Positions 39,927 through 49,959 of a stretch of 64,000 bases of DNA are shown piece after piece. Below the pieces are notes generated by a model that did no database searches, was not told the DNA's origin, and saw only the letters and a list, made by a program, of their open reading frames with translations. The position numbers were made by a program, and so were the translations under genes. Position 1 is the stretch's first letter; each line of letters begins with the position of its first letter. Source of the DNA: Candidatus Aenigmatarchaeota archaeon (GTDB lineage: Archaea; Aenigmatarchaeota; Aenigmatarchaeia; QMZP01); assembly GCA_043824495.1 (NCBI GenBank), contig JBDRSV010000015.1:1-64000 (forward strand), written 5' to 3'.

Positions 39927-40637
39927 GTGCGGTTTTCACCGAACAAAAGCATTAAAATCAGCAAAACAATCTCTATCATGGCTTCACAGAAAGAAATGAT
40001 TTCTACGATCAAGATACTCAAGAAAAACCTAAAAAAGTTTGTAGATACCGCTTTGACTAAAGTCTCTGATGAAACAAGAAATCCCTTTCAAGTTCTTATT
40101 TCATGTATACTTAGTCTGAGAACTAGAGACGCTACTACTTCAGCTGCATCTGAGAGAATATTCAAGCTTGCGAGAACTCCAGAAGCTATGCTTAAGCTGT
40201 CTATAAAGCAGATAGAGAAGGCAATATATCCTGTGGGATTCTACAAAACAAAAGCCATTCGCATCAAGGAGATATGCACAGATCTGATAGAGAAGTTTGA
40301 TAGTAAAGTTCCAGATAATATGGACGATCTACTAAGCTTGAAGGGTGTTGGTAGAAAAACAGCCAACATCACACTAGTTTTCGGTTTTAAGAGAAAATAT
40401 CATATACCTGTGGACACTCACGTACATAAAATTCCTAATAGAATGGGATGGATCAACACAAAAACACCAGAAGAAACAGAACAAGAGCTTATGCGCTTGA
40501 TTCCTAAATCATATTGGATGGATTTGAATGATTTATTAGTAACATTCGGACAGAATATATGTCTTCCTGTGGGACCAAAATGCTTTTTATGTCCTGTTGA
40601 GAAATTATGTAAATACGAGAAAAAGAAATTTAAGTGA
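39927..40637 (+). CDS. nth: Endonuclease III
   Basis: HhH 'LLSLKGVGRKTA', PVDTHV, CxxxxPxCxxCPxxxxC 4Fe-4S motif; true start probably ATG 39978. Confidence 0.95.
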   Translation: MRFSPNKSIKISKTISIMASQKEMISTIKILKKNLKKFVDTALTKVSDETRNPFQVLISCILSLRTRDATTSAASERIFKLARTPEAMLKLSIKQIEKAIYPVGFYKTKAIRIKEICTDLIEKFDSKVPDNMDDLLSLKGVGRKTANITLVFGFKRKYHIPVDTHVHKIPNRMGWINTKTPEETEQELMRLIPKSYWMDLNDLLVTFGQNICLPVGPKCFLCPVEKLCKYEKKKFK

Positions 40638-40641
40638 TCTT

Positions 40642-40986
40642 ATGAAAGAGCTTCACTGCGCTGTTTTTATTGTGAGTAGAAAAAAAGGAATTCCTATTGG
40701 GAATAAGAAAGAATATTTCCAGGATGGTTACTTATTTCATATAGGAGAAAAGGAAGCAATTGATAAACTTGCCAAATCAACAACAATAATTTTCAGAAGA
40801 CCTTACAAGACCAGATCAAATGTAAAATGTACAATAAACAAGAGAATAGAAAAATTTGCAGATAAACATATAGAGGGATTCGAACCAAAGGATTGCGACT
40901 GTAAAAGTCATCTACATTTCTCTAGAGAAAATCCATTGGAAGAACCAGAATTCCATGACAATATCTACCTTAGAGAGGAAGATTAA
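40642..40986 (+). CDS. Hypothetical protein
   Basis: ORF downstream of nth; first ATG at 40642. Confidence 0.5.
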   Translation: MKELHCAVFIVSRKKGIPIGNKKEYFQDGYLFHIGEKEAIDKLAKSTTIIFRRPYKTRSNVKCTINKRIEKFADKHIEGFEPKDCDCKSHLHFSRENPLEEPEFHDNIYLREED

Positions 40987-41740
40987 ACGCCTTGATAGCG
41001 TTTTCTGTGGTTTGTTTTAGAACTTCCTCAGCTGTGATATCTTTTATCTTAGCTATTTTCTCAGCAGATAACTTGATATTCCAAGGAGTGTTTTGCTTTC
41101 TTTCTCTATCAGGATCTAAAAAAGGAGCATCAGTTTCCAAGAACATTTGTTCTAGAGGAACAACTTTAGCTATTTTCTTAATATTCTTTGAGAAGCAAAC
41201 TTGAGTAGAAACAGATACCCAGAAGCCTGCTTCCACAATCCTTTTAGCAAGATCTGAAGATCCAGAAAAACAATGAAATATAGCTTGCACTCCAGCATCT
41301 TTTACAGCTTCAAAGCATTCTACTTCAGCATCCCAGGAATGTATTACTATAGGCTTGTTTATTTCTTTGGCTAGTTGAATAAATTCTTCGAATTCTTTTC
41401 TTTGGATCTCTCTTTTGCTAGGTTCTTCTACCCAGTGGAAATCCATACCAACCTCACCAATTCCAACAATTAGATTCTTATTCTCTTTTATCAGTTTGAT
41501 TATTCCATCCTTGTTATTACCTTCAACAGGATGATAACCAAGGGTAGGAAATACAAAACCAGGATGTTTCTTAGAAAGTTCTAGAACAGCTAGTCCTTCT
41601 TCATACCTAGCAGAAGAAGCTACTATAGCTTTCATTTCTTTCTTAGCTTGTTCTACTATTTTGTCTACATCTTCGTAGCCTTTTACTCCATCGCCATCAG
41701 ATGGAAAGCACATGTGTGCATGAATATCTATCCCTAACAT
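40970..41740 (-). CDS. tatD: TatD-family hydrolase
   Basis: DIHAH, GIGEVG, IHSW, HCFSG, LETDAPF. Confidence 0.94.
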   Translation of the reverse strand: MLGIDIHAHMCFPSDGDGVKGYEDVDKIVEQAKKEMKAIVASSARYEEGLAVLELSKKHPGFVFPTLGYHPVEGNNKDGIIKLIKENKNLIVGIGEVGMDFHWVEEPSKREIQRKEFEEFIQLAKEINKPIVIHSWDAEVECFEAVKDAGVQAIFHCFSGSSDLAKRIVEAGFWVSVSTQVCFSKNIKKIAKVVPLEQMFLETDAPFLDPDRERKQNTPWNIKLSAEKIAKIKDITAEEVLKQTTENAIKAFNLPL

Positions 41741-41769
41741 ATTACATACTTAGTAAAAACAGTTATTAA

Positions 41770-42189
41770 TTATTCTGATTCTTCGTCACTCCGGAACAAA
41801 TTACCTGCATATTCAAGACCATGTCCTGCAATGCAGATTCCTGCAGGAAGTAATATGCCTGTAAAGAAGTCGCCGTCAGTTGCACTAGATAAAAAGGGAG
41901 CCGCAATAGGTGCAAGTCTAGCAATTCTGCCTGTGTGCTCAAGAAAATTTGGATCGTCTCCAACTTCTCTGTATTGTCTCACAGTGTTGAGAACCTCACC
42001 AGCGCCATATATGGCAAACATGTCATCTATAGAAGCTGTTAAATCTCTTCCTATATCACCTATTACTTCATATAAAACATGATCTCTAACACCATGATAC
42101 CACTCAATAGCACTAACAGTTACTCCTAGTGCTCCCCCCACTCTAACTAAGTTTCCAGTATTTTCCCATAATTTTTTACCAAAAGACAT
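41770..42189 (-). CDS. Hypothetical Gly/Ala-rich, probably membrane-associated protein
   Basis: 139-aa ORF with hydrophobic stretches. Confidence 0.55.
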   Translation of the reverse strand: MSFGKKLWENTGNLVRVGGALGVTVSAIEWYHGVRDHVLYEVIGDIGRDLTASIDDMFAIYGAGEVLNTVRQYREVGDDPNFLEHTGRIARLAPIAAPFLSSATDGDFFTGILLPAGICIAGHGLEYAGNLFRSDEESE

Positions 42190-42371
42190 AAGATCACATA
42201 AGAAGACTGTACTGACTGTTTATATAGTTTATCCATGTTTATTCTTCTAAACTTAAAAGATGATGATCTCCGGCCTGAGATCAAAACAGCGTGCATGAAA
42301 CCCTATAAAAAGGAGAAATTAAATATAAACAAGTCTTTTTAAACAGCAAACCAATTCTAAATGGGTTGTGC

Positions 42372-45300
42372 ATGAAAAAGAGAATAAAAATGAGTTTTTT
42401 AAATAACTCTTTATTCGTACTTGTTGCACTAACAGTCACGATCCTACTAATTACACAGCATAGCCTAGCTCTCTCTTACCAGAAAGTAAACATAGGAGAT
42501 AATAAAATCCAAATACAGAATAATCTAGGAGCTCCAGTACTTGATATTCAATTAATAGAAAATACAGATCAATGTATCGTGAATTGCCATGCAACACTGA
42601 AAATACATCCGTACCAGACTTATAACATTCCAGACTACTCTTCTCCAAGCGAGAAATGGGATTTTGTAAAGGCCGATTCGAATGTCATGGGTTTGAAGTC
42701 CTACACATTACAATTATTGAAAAATATTACTTATAACATCACAGTTCCGACAATCTCCAATACAAGTTACAGTTGCTTTAATAACATAACGCAACAAAAC
42801 GAAACCTGCCAGATTCTGGAACAGATAGGAGTACAAACAGAGACACGGACAAGAGAAGAATGGGTACCATTTAACTGGTTCGGGGAAACCCTTGAGCAAG
42901 GCAGGGACTACTACATAAAACTAAGTGCACAGAAATCTCCATCTTTAGGCGAAAACAACATAGACTGGGTTCCTACAATAAAAGGCGTGACCCTAGACGA
43001 CTGGGCCTGGTGGAATTCTAGCTGGTTTAACAGGAGGAATATAACCATATCAGAAAACAACATATCTACAAGAACAGCTGAACCAGTAACGCTGAATGTA
43101 ACAGGATTGACAATAAATACAACATGCGAAAATGAGATACGAATAACAAACGAAACAGACGATGAAATTCCTGTCCAGATAGTTAATTCAACTGGAGAAT
43201 CAGAACCAGCAGGACGTCAATGGTGTGAAATTATTTTTGAGGCCACAGTAGATAAAAATAAATCTGTTGATTATTTTGTTTACTATAATAACCCTTCAGC
43301 TGCGCTTTCAACACTAACGTACATATCATTTAATTTCACTGAAAACAGATTCACAGGAAGAGATTATGAAGTAATTCTAAGTAAACCAACAAACAGCCTA
43401 CAAGTTCTAAGGGATAAAAACAATATAAACTGGAGTAGTAACAACAATACAATATATCTTGTGGGTGAGAGTACAGTTCAATATGCTGCAGGAGATTCTA
43501 TAACAGACGGTAATGCTACGTGGACAGACTGTGGTAATGTAAGGTGCATGATAAACTGGACAAAACTGAGTACAGAGGGAGAATATACACTTTACTCACA
43601 AAAGATAGTCACAAACATCACTTCCAACATAACCTTCATGTATGGCCCATACACATCAAGTACGTCCAGCCATCCACTAGGAAACGACGATTACGTCTGC
43701 TCCTCGGTAATAGACTGTGTTCAGTATGTTGGCTCACCTCCTCGACATACATATGTTTCTGACTGGAAGTCATGGTTTTGGAAAGACAATACAGATATAA
43801 AATACGTGGTTGCCTGTGATACTGGTCCCCATCTAACTAGAATATCCTCCAATCCCGCAGAATTTACTGTCATTCGAGGTGGCTGGACAACGGATTATCA
43901 CCTAAGTCCAGGATCATACAGAATGATCCACGAATTTATTAATGGAACCCCGCAGAACGCAGAAGACAAGATTGGCGAACTGGAAGCAATGTTTGCCAAT
44001 CCTCTATCTGTCCAATTAGGCCCAGAACAAACAGGCAACGGAACCCTGTTCATCACGGATCTTATTCCAATCCAGGTAGTGGAAGACGTGGATATGGTGA
44101 AAGGGAAGACAACCATGATAAGATCAACAATCAGTTTCTATCACCCAAATCCTAACCTGACGGCCAATATAACGGTAAAAACACACTGGAACGGCAGCCT
44201 GGTTAATACAACAAACATAACACTTACCGACGGTCAATCAAAAAATATAAACCACTGGTACACTCCAGGTCAGTCAGGCACAGACATAGAGGTGAAATCA
44301 ACAGCAGAAACTACAATATCATACACTTTCATCAATGACACAAGAACAACCAGCGTTGATGTTGTGGAGACGAGGAAGTTTACAGTTGATTTCATTCCAG
44401 TTGATGATCCCGAATATTTTGATTTCACAGTTGACGAATCTATACTTTTCATGAATAAAACATATCCTTTAGCAGATGATGCCATTAAAAATTTAACAGT
44501 GAAATCAAACCCTGTTAATACGTCTGACATGGACAAAACAGATCCCTTGTTATTCAAGACAGAACTGTTATTAAAAGTTCGCATGAATAGTCTATTAACA
44601 GGAAATTATACAGAAAGGACTGTTGGTATTCTTCCACAATCTTGGTTTTCCGACAATTTAGATGACACAAAAACTCTAGGCTATGCTATTATTCAAAACT
44701 TTCCTCCTATATTTGGCTATCCACCCTTCAAAATAACATTTAATTCGGTTGTTATTGAAGATGCACTTAGATCAGGAGCTGCACACGAGCTCGGTCATAC
44801 ATTTGGTTTATGCGATGAATATAACTCTTCATTATGGGAAGAACAGGATTCGCTTTTTGGATTATTTAATAATTATTGTCCTAATGGTGATGTGGATGAC
44901 GACAACTCTTTGGACGATAGATGCTTGGCGGTAATTCCAGGATGTAATGACACAACTTTAGGCGAATTGATACCTTGGAATTCTAATACTGACACAATAA
45001 GCGTTTATAACTTTATGGGAAGCCTCAATTTTCAAGAATCTAGGTGGATAACAAAAGAAAGTTATAACCATCTATTAAGCTACTTCTCACACTCGACTCC
45101 AGAGACCGCATCATCACGACTTCTTGTAAGCGGTTTCTACAATAAAATTGACGGATCCGTAGACTTCAGAAATTTTTACCAGTTGGGGGAGGGACTAATA
45201 GAAAATGAGAGTGAATTTGCAACTGGCAATTTCTCCATAGAATCCTTGGACGCAAATGCTACAGCTTTATTTAACATAAGTTTCAACCTGTCCTTTATAC

Positions 45301-46016
45301 TAAGCTCAGCCAATGGCACTGTTGAAAATATAAACGTTACTCCATTCGCTTTTGTTGTCCCGTTTTCGGATAATGTGAGCAGCCTGACATTCAAAGAAAA
45401 CGCTACAATAAAAGAAGAAAGGGACAGGACACAAAACACACCTAATGTGACACTAATCGAGCCTACTGGAGGAGAATTCTATTCAAATGTAGAAATAAAC
45501 ATTTCTTGGACTTCTTCTGACGCTGACGGTGATAACATGAGCTATGCTATTTTATTCAGTCCAGACAATGGAACCTCTTGGGACACTATAACTTTTGATC
45601 ACAACGAAACAAACTACACTATAAATTCTGGTGACCTACAAGACTGCACAGAATGCCTCATTAAAATACTAGCAACTGACGGAATGAATACAGGAAATGA
45701 TACAAGCGATTCCGTATTTCAAATAGACAATGATTTGAGCATTACCGAGTTTTCTCTCGTATACTCAAACAACACAGAGCGTGTTTTCAGAATATCTGTA
45801 AACAATACTCTTGACCTTGACATTACAAACATTTCTTGGATTTTAGATACAGGAGACGAGGCTATTAATTCTCAATACTTGACTAACTTAGAGGTGGGAG
45901 AAGACATTTTCATTTTCGTGCATTATAATTATACAGTTATTGGAAATTATACAGTCATTTTCACAGCTTACACAAACGAGCACATAGAAAAGGAGGAGAT
46001 CGAGGTTATAATTTAA
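42372..46016 (+). CDS. Large secreted zinc metalloprotease-like protein (DUF2341-like region, HExxH, Ig-like C-terminus)
   Basis: Signal peptide; 'WWNSSWFNRRNITI'; 'AAHELGHTFGLCDEY' at 44784. Confidence 0.85.
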   Translation: MKKRIKMSFLNNSLFVLVALTVTILLITQHSLALSYQKVNIGDNKIQIQNNLGAPVLDIQLIENTDQCIVNCHATLKIHPYQTYNIPDYSSPSEKWDFVKADSNVMGLKSYTLQLLKNITYNITVPTISNTSYSCFNNITQQNETCQILEQIGVQTETRTREEWVPFNWFGETLEQGRDYYIKLSAQKSPSLGENNIDWVPTIKGVTLDDWAWWNSSWFNRRNITISENNISTRTAEPVTLNVTGLTINTTCENEIRITNETDDEIPVQIVNSTGESEPAGRQWCEIIFEATVDKNKSVDYFVYYNNPSAALSTLTYISFNFTENRFTGRDYEVILSKPTNSLQVLRDKNNINWSSNNNTIYLVGESTVQYAAGDSITDGNATWTDCGNVRCMINWTKLSTEGEYTLYSQKIVTNITSNITFMYGPYTSSTSSHPLGNDDYVCSSVIDCVQYVGSPPRHTYVSDWKSWFWKDNTDIKYVVACDTGPHLTRISSNPAEFTVIRGGWTTDYHLSPGSYRMIHEFINGTPQNAEDKIGELEAMFANPLSVQLGPEQTGNGTLFITDLIPIQVVEDVDMVKGKTTMIRSTISFYHPNPNLTANITVKTHWNGSLVNTTNITLTDGQSKNINHWYTPGQSGTDIEVKSTAETTISYTFINDTRTTSVDVVETRKFTVDFIPVDDPEYFDFTVDESILFMNKTYPLADDAIKNLTVKSNPVNTSDMDKTDPLLFKTELLLKVRMNSLLTGNYTERTVGILPQSWFSDNLDDTKTLGYAIIQNFPPIFGYPPFKITFNSVVIEDALRSGAAHELGHTFGLCDEYNSSLWEEQDSLFGLFNNYCPNGDVDDDNSLDDRCLAVIPGCNDTTLGELIPWNSNTDTISVYNFMGSLNFQESRWITKESYNHLLSYFSHSTPETASSRLLVSGFYNKIDGSVDFRNFYQLGEGLIENESEFATGNFSIESLDANATALFNISFNLSFILSSANGTVENINVTPFAFVVPFSDNVSSLTFKENATIKEERDRTQNTPNVTLIEPTGGEFYSNVEINISWTSSDADGDNMSYAILFSPDNGTSWDTITFDHNETNYTINSGDLQDCTECLIKILATDGMNTGNDTSDSVFQIDNDLSITEFSLVYSNNTERVFRISVNNTLDLDITNISWILDTGDEAINSQYLTNLEVGEDIFIFVHYNYTVIGNYTVIFTAYTNEHIEKEEIEVII

Positions 46017-46033
46017 GGTAAAGGTGATATGAC

Positions 46034-46405
46034 ATGAAAAATTTATTAGTTGTTATAGGGATATTGGCAATTGTTGTCACGTCCGGTTGCACAACAATCC
46101 CACCAGAGTGCCCTGATATGGGCTATAGTGAGTATGGAAAAACAGGAATAAGCATCTCTACTAACATACAAGCCCTGAATGTTATGAAGGAGTATATGAA
46201 TTCCACAAATATAGCATTCTATGGGAGCATTAAAAATCATGTTCCGGAGGACATGAAATATAAAGAGATAAGAACAGTATATGGAATTTACGATGACGGC
46301 GGCCTGGTTGACTCACTAGAAACTGAAATCTATGCGTGGGTATTGAACAATAAGTTTGCAATAGATCAAAATGGAACCGTGCATGAACATGTAGGTTGTG
46401 CTTAA
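46034..46405 (+). CDS. Small lipoprotein-like partner, copy 1
   Basis: Lipobox-like 'VTSGC'; paralogous to 48359 and 49151. Confidence 0.7.
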   Translation: MKNLLVVIGILAIVVTSGCTTIPPECPDMGYSEYGKTGISISTNIQALNVMKEYMNSTNIAFYGSIKNHVPEDMKYKEIRTVYGIYDDGGLVDSLETEIYAWVLNNKFAIDQNGTVHEHVGCA

Positions 46406-46445
46406 CTGATAAAATTAGAACTGTAGTTGGTAAAGAAGGTGTAAA

Positions 46446-48359
46446 ATGGAAAAATCAAAAGTCCAAGTAGTGGAAAACGTGGACATGGTTAAAGGAAAAA
46501 CCACTCTCATTAGAGTTATTGTTTCCTTTGTTGCAAATGACACAAACGCAACTATCATACCCAATGTAACCATCCACTGGAATGATACACTGATTAGATA
46601 TAACGACACTCAAAACATGTCACATGGAGAAGAATTATCATTTGATTTCTGGCACATACCACAGGATGTAGGAGACGTTGAAGTAATGGCAGAAGTTGAA
46701 GGGACGTATGAAGGGGAATATCTGAGTGATAGTAGAGATCATAATGTTGATGTTGTGGAGACACACAAATTGAATATAGGTTTCGTACCAGTGGACTGGG
46801 AGCCTCAACTAAATTTTAATGCTTATAAGAAAGATGTTTTACAATTTATGAATAGTACATATCCATTATCAGACGATGGTTTTAATATAACTGACCATGC
46901 TGAAATTGCCACTGCACCAGTGGTTGGTGTGCCATTTGTTCCTGCTCTTCTTTTGCAAATTAGAGGAGCAACACAACTGTCCTCTAATGAATACCCAGAC
47001 AGATCTGTCGGTATTGTTCCCCCAAGCTGGTTTTTCCAACATGGTCTTGGGAACTCAAAAGGGTTTGCAATTTCTTCAAGATTGTTGCAATATGCATTTC
47101 CTGCAGTTGTATTAGAAGCAGGACGTCAGGAATTACTTGCACATGAAATTGGTCATACATATTTCTTGTGTGACGAAAATGTATCAGAGTGGAATGACCA
47201 GAATACAGAAACATTATCTGATAATCTTTGCCCGAACGGTGATTCAAATCCAGACGATGAAATTTTGGATTTGGAATGTCAAACAAATAAAGGTTGTCCA
47301 ACAGAAACAATAAAGGAGCTGATTCCTTGGCCAGGTTCAAACGGCTCAGAAATGAAAAATTTCATGGGTTATCATGAAAACCAGTTTACAAAATGGGTCT
47401 CAAGCAATACATATAATCATCTTATTAATATGCTAAAGAACTCAACACCTGATTTTTCTACTTCAAGAATTTTAGTAAGCGGATTCTACAATAAAAGTTC
47501 AGAAAAAGCTGATTTCCAGAATTTCTACATTTTAGGGGATGGTTTTGTTGAAAACAAAAGCCAAATATCTGGAAATTTCTCAATAGAAATGCTTGATAAT
47601 CAAAGTAATATGATTTATAATATAACCTTCCCTCTCGCTTTCTTCATTACTTTATATAATGGAAGTAGTATAGAGACCAATGTAACACCATTTATTTTTG
47701 CACTACCGTTGGAATCCAATATTTCTCAAATAAATTTTGTGGAAAACGATACTATAAAAGATCAGGTTAATAAATCTTTTAATCCACCATCTATCAACAT
47801 CACTTTCCCAAATGGTGGTGAATTATTCAATAACCAAGAAATAAACATATCTTGGGAAGCAAACGATTCTGATGGTGATAATTTGACTTTTTCGGTTTTG
47901 ATAAGTAATGATGGTATTAATTATAATACAATTGCCTATGATACAAACCAAACATTCTTTATATACAATTCAACAAGCTTAGCAGATGGCAAGGAGTATC
48001 TAGTAAAGGTATTAGTATCAGATGGCTTTAATACAAACAATGATACAAGTGATAATGTATTCGAAATAGACAATGACTTAAACATAACAGAACTTTCTGT
48101 TATATATGAAAACAGTACAGAAAGGATGTTCAGATTTGTCATAAACAATACTCTAGGTTCTAATATAAGTAATATTTCATTTAGTTTAGATACTGGAGAA
48201 ATCACAGAATATTCACAGTATAGTATAACTCTCCGAGGAGGAGAGGACATATTTGTTTATGTTTATTACAACTATACTGTTACTGGTATTTATACTGTTA
48301 TAGCTACTGCCAGAAGCGGCGAATTTGTTGAAGTTGAAAGTATGAATATTGGAGTTTAA
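46446..48359 (+). CDS. N-terminally truncated paralogue of the metalloprotease (no signal peptide)
   Basis: Begins at the shared 'VQVVE(N/D)VDMVKGKTT'; 'LAHEIGHTYFLCDE' at 47142; same C-terminal domain. Confidence 0.8.
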   Translation: MEKSKVQVVENVDMVKGKTTLIRVIVSFVANDTNATIIPNVTIHWNDTLIRYNDTQNMSHGEELSFDFWHIPQDVGDVEVMAEVEGTYEGEYLSDSRDHNVDVVETHKLNIGFVPVDWEPQLNFNAYKKDVLQFMNSTYPLSDDGFNITDHAEIATAPVVGVPFVPALLLQIRGATQLSSNEYPDRSVGIVPPSWFFQHGLGNSKGFAISSRLLQYAFPAVVLEAGRQELLAHEIGHTYFLCDENVSEWNDQNTETLSDNLCPNGDSNPDDEILDLECQTNKGCPTETIKELIPWPGSNGSEMKNFMGYHENQFTKWVSSNTYNHLINMLKNSTPDFSTSRILVSGFYNKSSEKADFQNFYILGDGFVENKSQISGNFSIEMLDNQSNMIYNITFPLAFFITLYNGSSIETNVTPFIFALPLESNISQINFVENDTIKDQVNKSFNPPSINITFPNGGELFNNQEINISWEANDSDGDNLTFSVLISNDGINYNTIAYDTNQTFFIYNSTSLADGKEYLVKVLVSDGFNTNNDTSDNVFEIDNDLNITELSVIYENSTERMFRFVINNTLGSNISNISFSLDTGEITEYSQYSITLRGGEDIFVYVYYNYTVTGIYTVIATARSGEFVEVESMNIGV

Positions 48360-48724
48360 TGAGAGGAGGCGAGAAGATGGAAAAGTATGCTAAAATTGCT
48401 ATAATAATAGTTGCTGCTTTAGTATTAATCATAAGCGCTATCTTTTATGGCAATTTTCCTAAATGTGCTGGAGACCTTCGTTTTACTGAAATTGTAGATT
48501 TAAACAGATCTATAAACAATTCAGAAGAAGCGTACAATGCTTTTAATGAGTTCTATAAAACACATAAAGGAAGATATGCACATGAATACGGTTTACAAAA
48601 AGAAGACATAGAGTTTAAAGAAATAACAGTTGAAAATGGTTCTCAGGTCTCTGCTTGGGTACTAATAACAGATGAAGCCGTGGATAATTTAGGAAAAATA
48701 TATGTACAAGAATATTGTGCTTAA
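48359..48724 (+). CDS. Small membrane-anchored partner, copy 2
   Basis: N-terminal TM; 'EDIEFKEI..AWV...AVD..G....CA'. Confidence 0.7.
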   Translation: MRGGEKMEKYAKIAIIIVAALVLIISAIFYGNFPKCAGDLRFTEIVDLNRSINNSEEAYNAFNEFYKTHKGRYAHEYGLQKEDIEFKEITVENGSQVSAWVLITDEAVDNLGKIYVQEYCA

Positions 48725-49134
48725 ATATGAAAATTTTAACAATTAATAGCTTGGAAGGAGAAGGCAAATCTTATATGGGTAGAATATTAGCAACAGACGG
48801 GATGAATACAGGCAATGATACGAGCAATACTATATTTGAAATAGACAACGATTTGAATATAACAGAATTCTCTGATGTATATTCAAATAACACAGAACGT
48901 GTTTTTAGGGTATTTGTGAACAATACACTCGATATCAACATTACAAACATTTCCTGGTCTTTGGACACAGGAGAGGACATGAAAAGTTCAGAATATCTAG
49001 GTAATCTAAAACCAAGTGAACAGGTCTTCATTTACGTGTATAATAATTATACATTAACGGGTAACTATACAGTAATTATGTCCGTGTATACGGACGAATA
49101 TTTAGAAAAGGATGAAATTGAGATTATAGTTTAA
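48715..49134 (+). pseudogene. Orphan C-terminal fragment of the metalloprotease family
   Basis: 'ILATDGMNTGNDTS..FEIDNDL.ITEFS' closely matches the C-terminus of 42372-46016; the N-terminal ~20 aa are unrelated. Confidence 0.7.
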
Positions 49135-49150
49135 AGAGAGGCAGTGTAAG

Positions 49151-49531
49151 ATGGAGAACATAAAATTTGGAAGTTTAGTAATGATTGTTATTGGAATAGT
49201 AATAGTAGCGGGTATTTATGTAAGCCAATATATACCGCTCCCTAAAGAACCTGAAATACCCGGATTAATACTACCTGGTGACTGCAATTATTTTGGTATA
49301 ATACACGAAACAGAGATAAACAAAACACTAAAAACAAGAGAAGATGCCTTAGAAGCGTTAGAATTTGTATATAGAAAGTTTAATACTACCTCTAATTTAA
49401 CTGCTGATGATCTGGAATTTAAAAACATCATAGTAGAAGGCAAAGAAATCAGTGGATGGAGAATAATACCCTTAGATCCAGCGTTTATAGATAAGGATGG
49501 TAATGCTTGGGGAAACTACACATGTTTATAA
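49151..49531 (+). CDS. Small membrane-anchored partner, copy 3
   Basis: N-terminal TM; 'DDLEFKNI..GW....FIDKDG....CL'. Confidence 0.7.
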   Translation: MENIKFGSLVMIVIGIVIVAGIYVSQYIPLPKEPEIPGLILPGDCNYFGIIHETEINKTLKTREDALEALEFVYRKFNTTSNLTADDLEFKNIIVEGKEISGWRIIPLDPAFIDKDGNAWGNYTCL

Positions 49532-49532
49532 A

Positions 49533-49959
49533 TATGAAATCATCAACAAAAACCACAATCGGAATCATTGGAATTTTGTTACTTTTGTTTAGTCTGCAGG
49601 TTATTGCGGACCCGATAGACTTGGGTAGAGAAGAAATCAAGGATTATTATTGGATGACTGTTTGTGGAGATAATCAGGAAATAAACCTAGATACAGAAAG
49701 TGCAGAAGAATATTGTTTGGCAGAAGAGGATGGAGTTCCAACAAACTGCACTAAAATTCAAGAGATTTATGTAGAATCTTTAGAGACAAATCAGTCTCGT
49801 CCAGAATGCATAAATGAAATTACAGGAGATGATGGAAACACTTCTATAGAGTATGATGTTGACTGCATAATGGAAACATGTAGTGAGTTAATAGAATTCA
49901 ATCAATTGACAGGAGAGACTAGATCAGTATGGACAAAAAAATATGGTTGGTCATTATAG
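49533..49959 (+). CDS. Small acidic Cys-containing secreted protein
   Basis: Signal peptide from MKSSTK; 6 Cys. Confidence 0.6.

Noticed and set aside
42260-42283. Box C (ATGATGA) and box D (CTGA) pair / TGATCTC-GAGATCA hairpin
   Set aside because: Only 8 nt between the boxes and no C'/D' pair; too short for a C/D guide RNA.
42372-49531. Diversity-generating retroelement (TR/VR pair) behind the repeated segments
   Set aside because: No reverse transcriptase in the window, and differences between copies are not confined to adenines.
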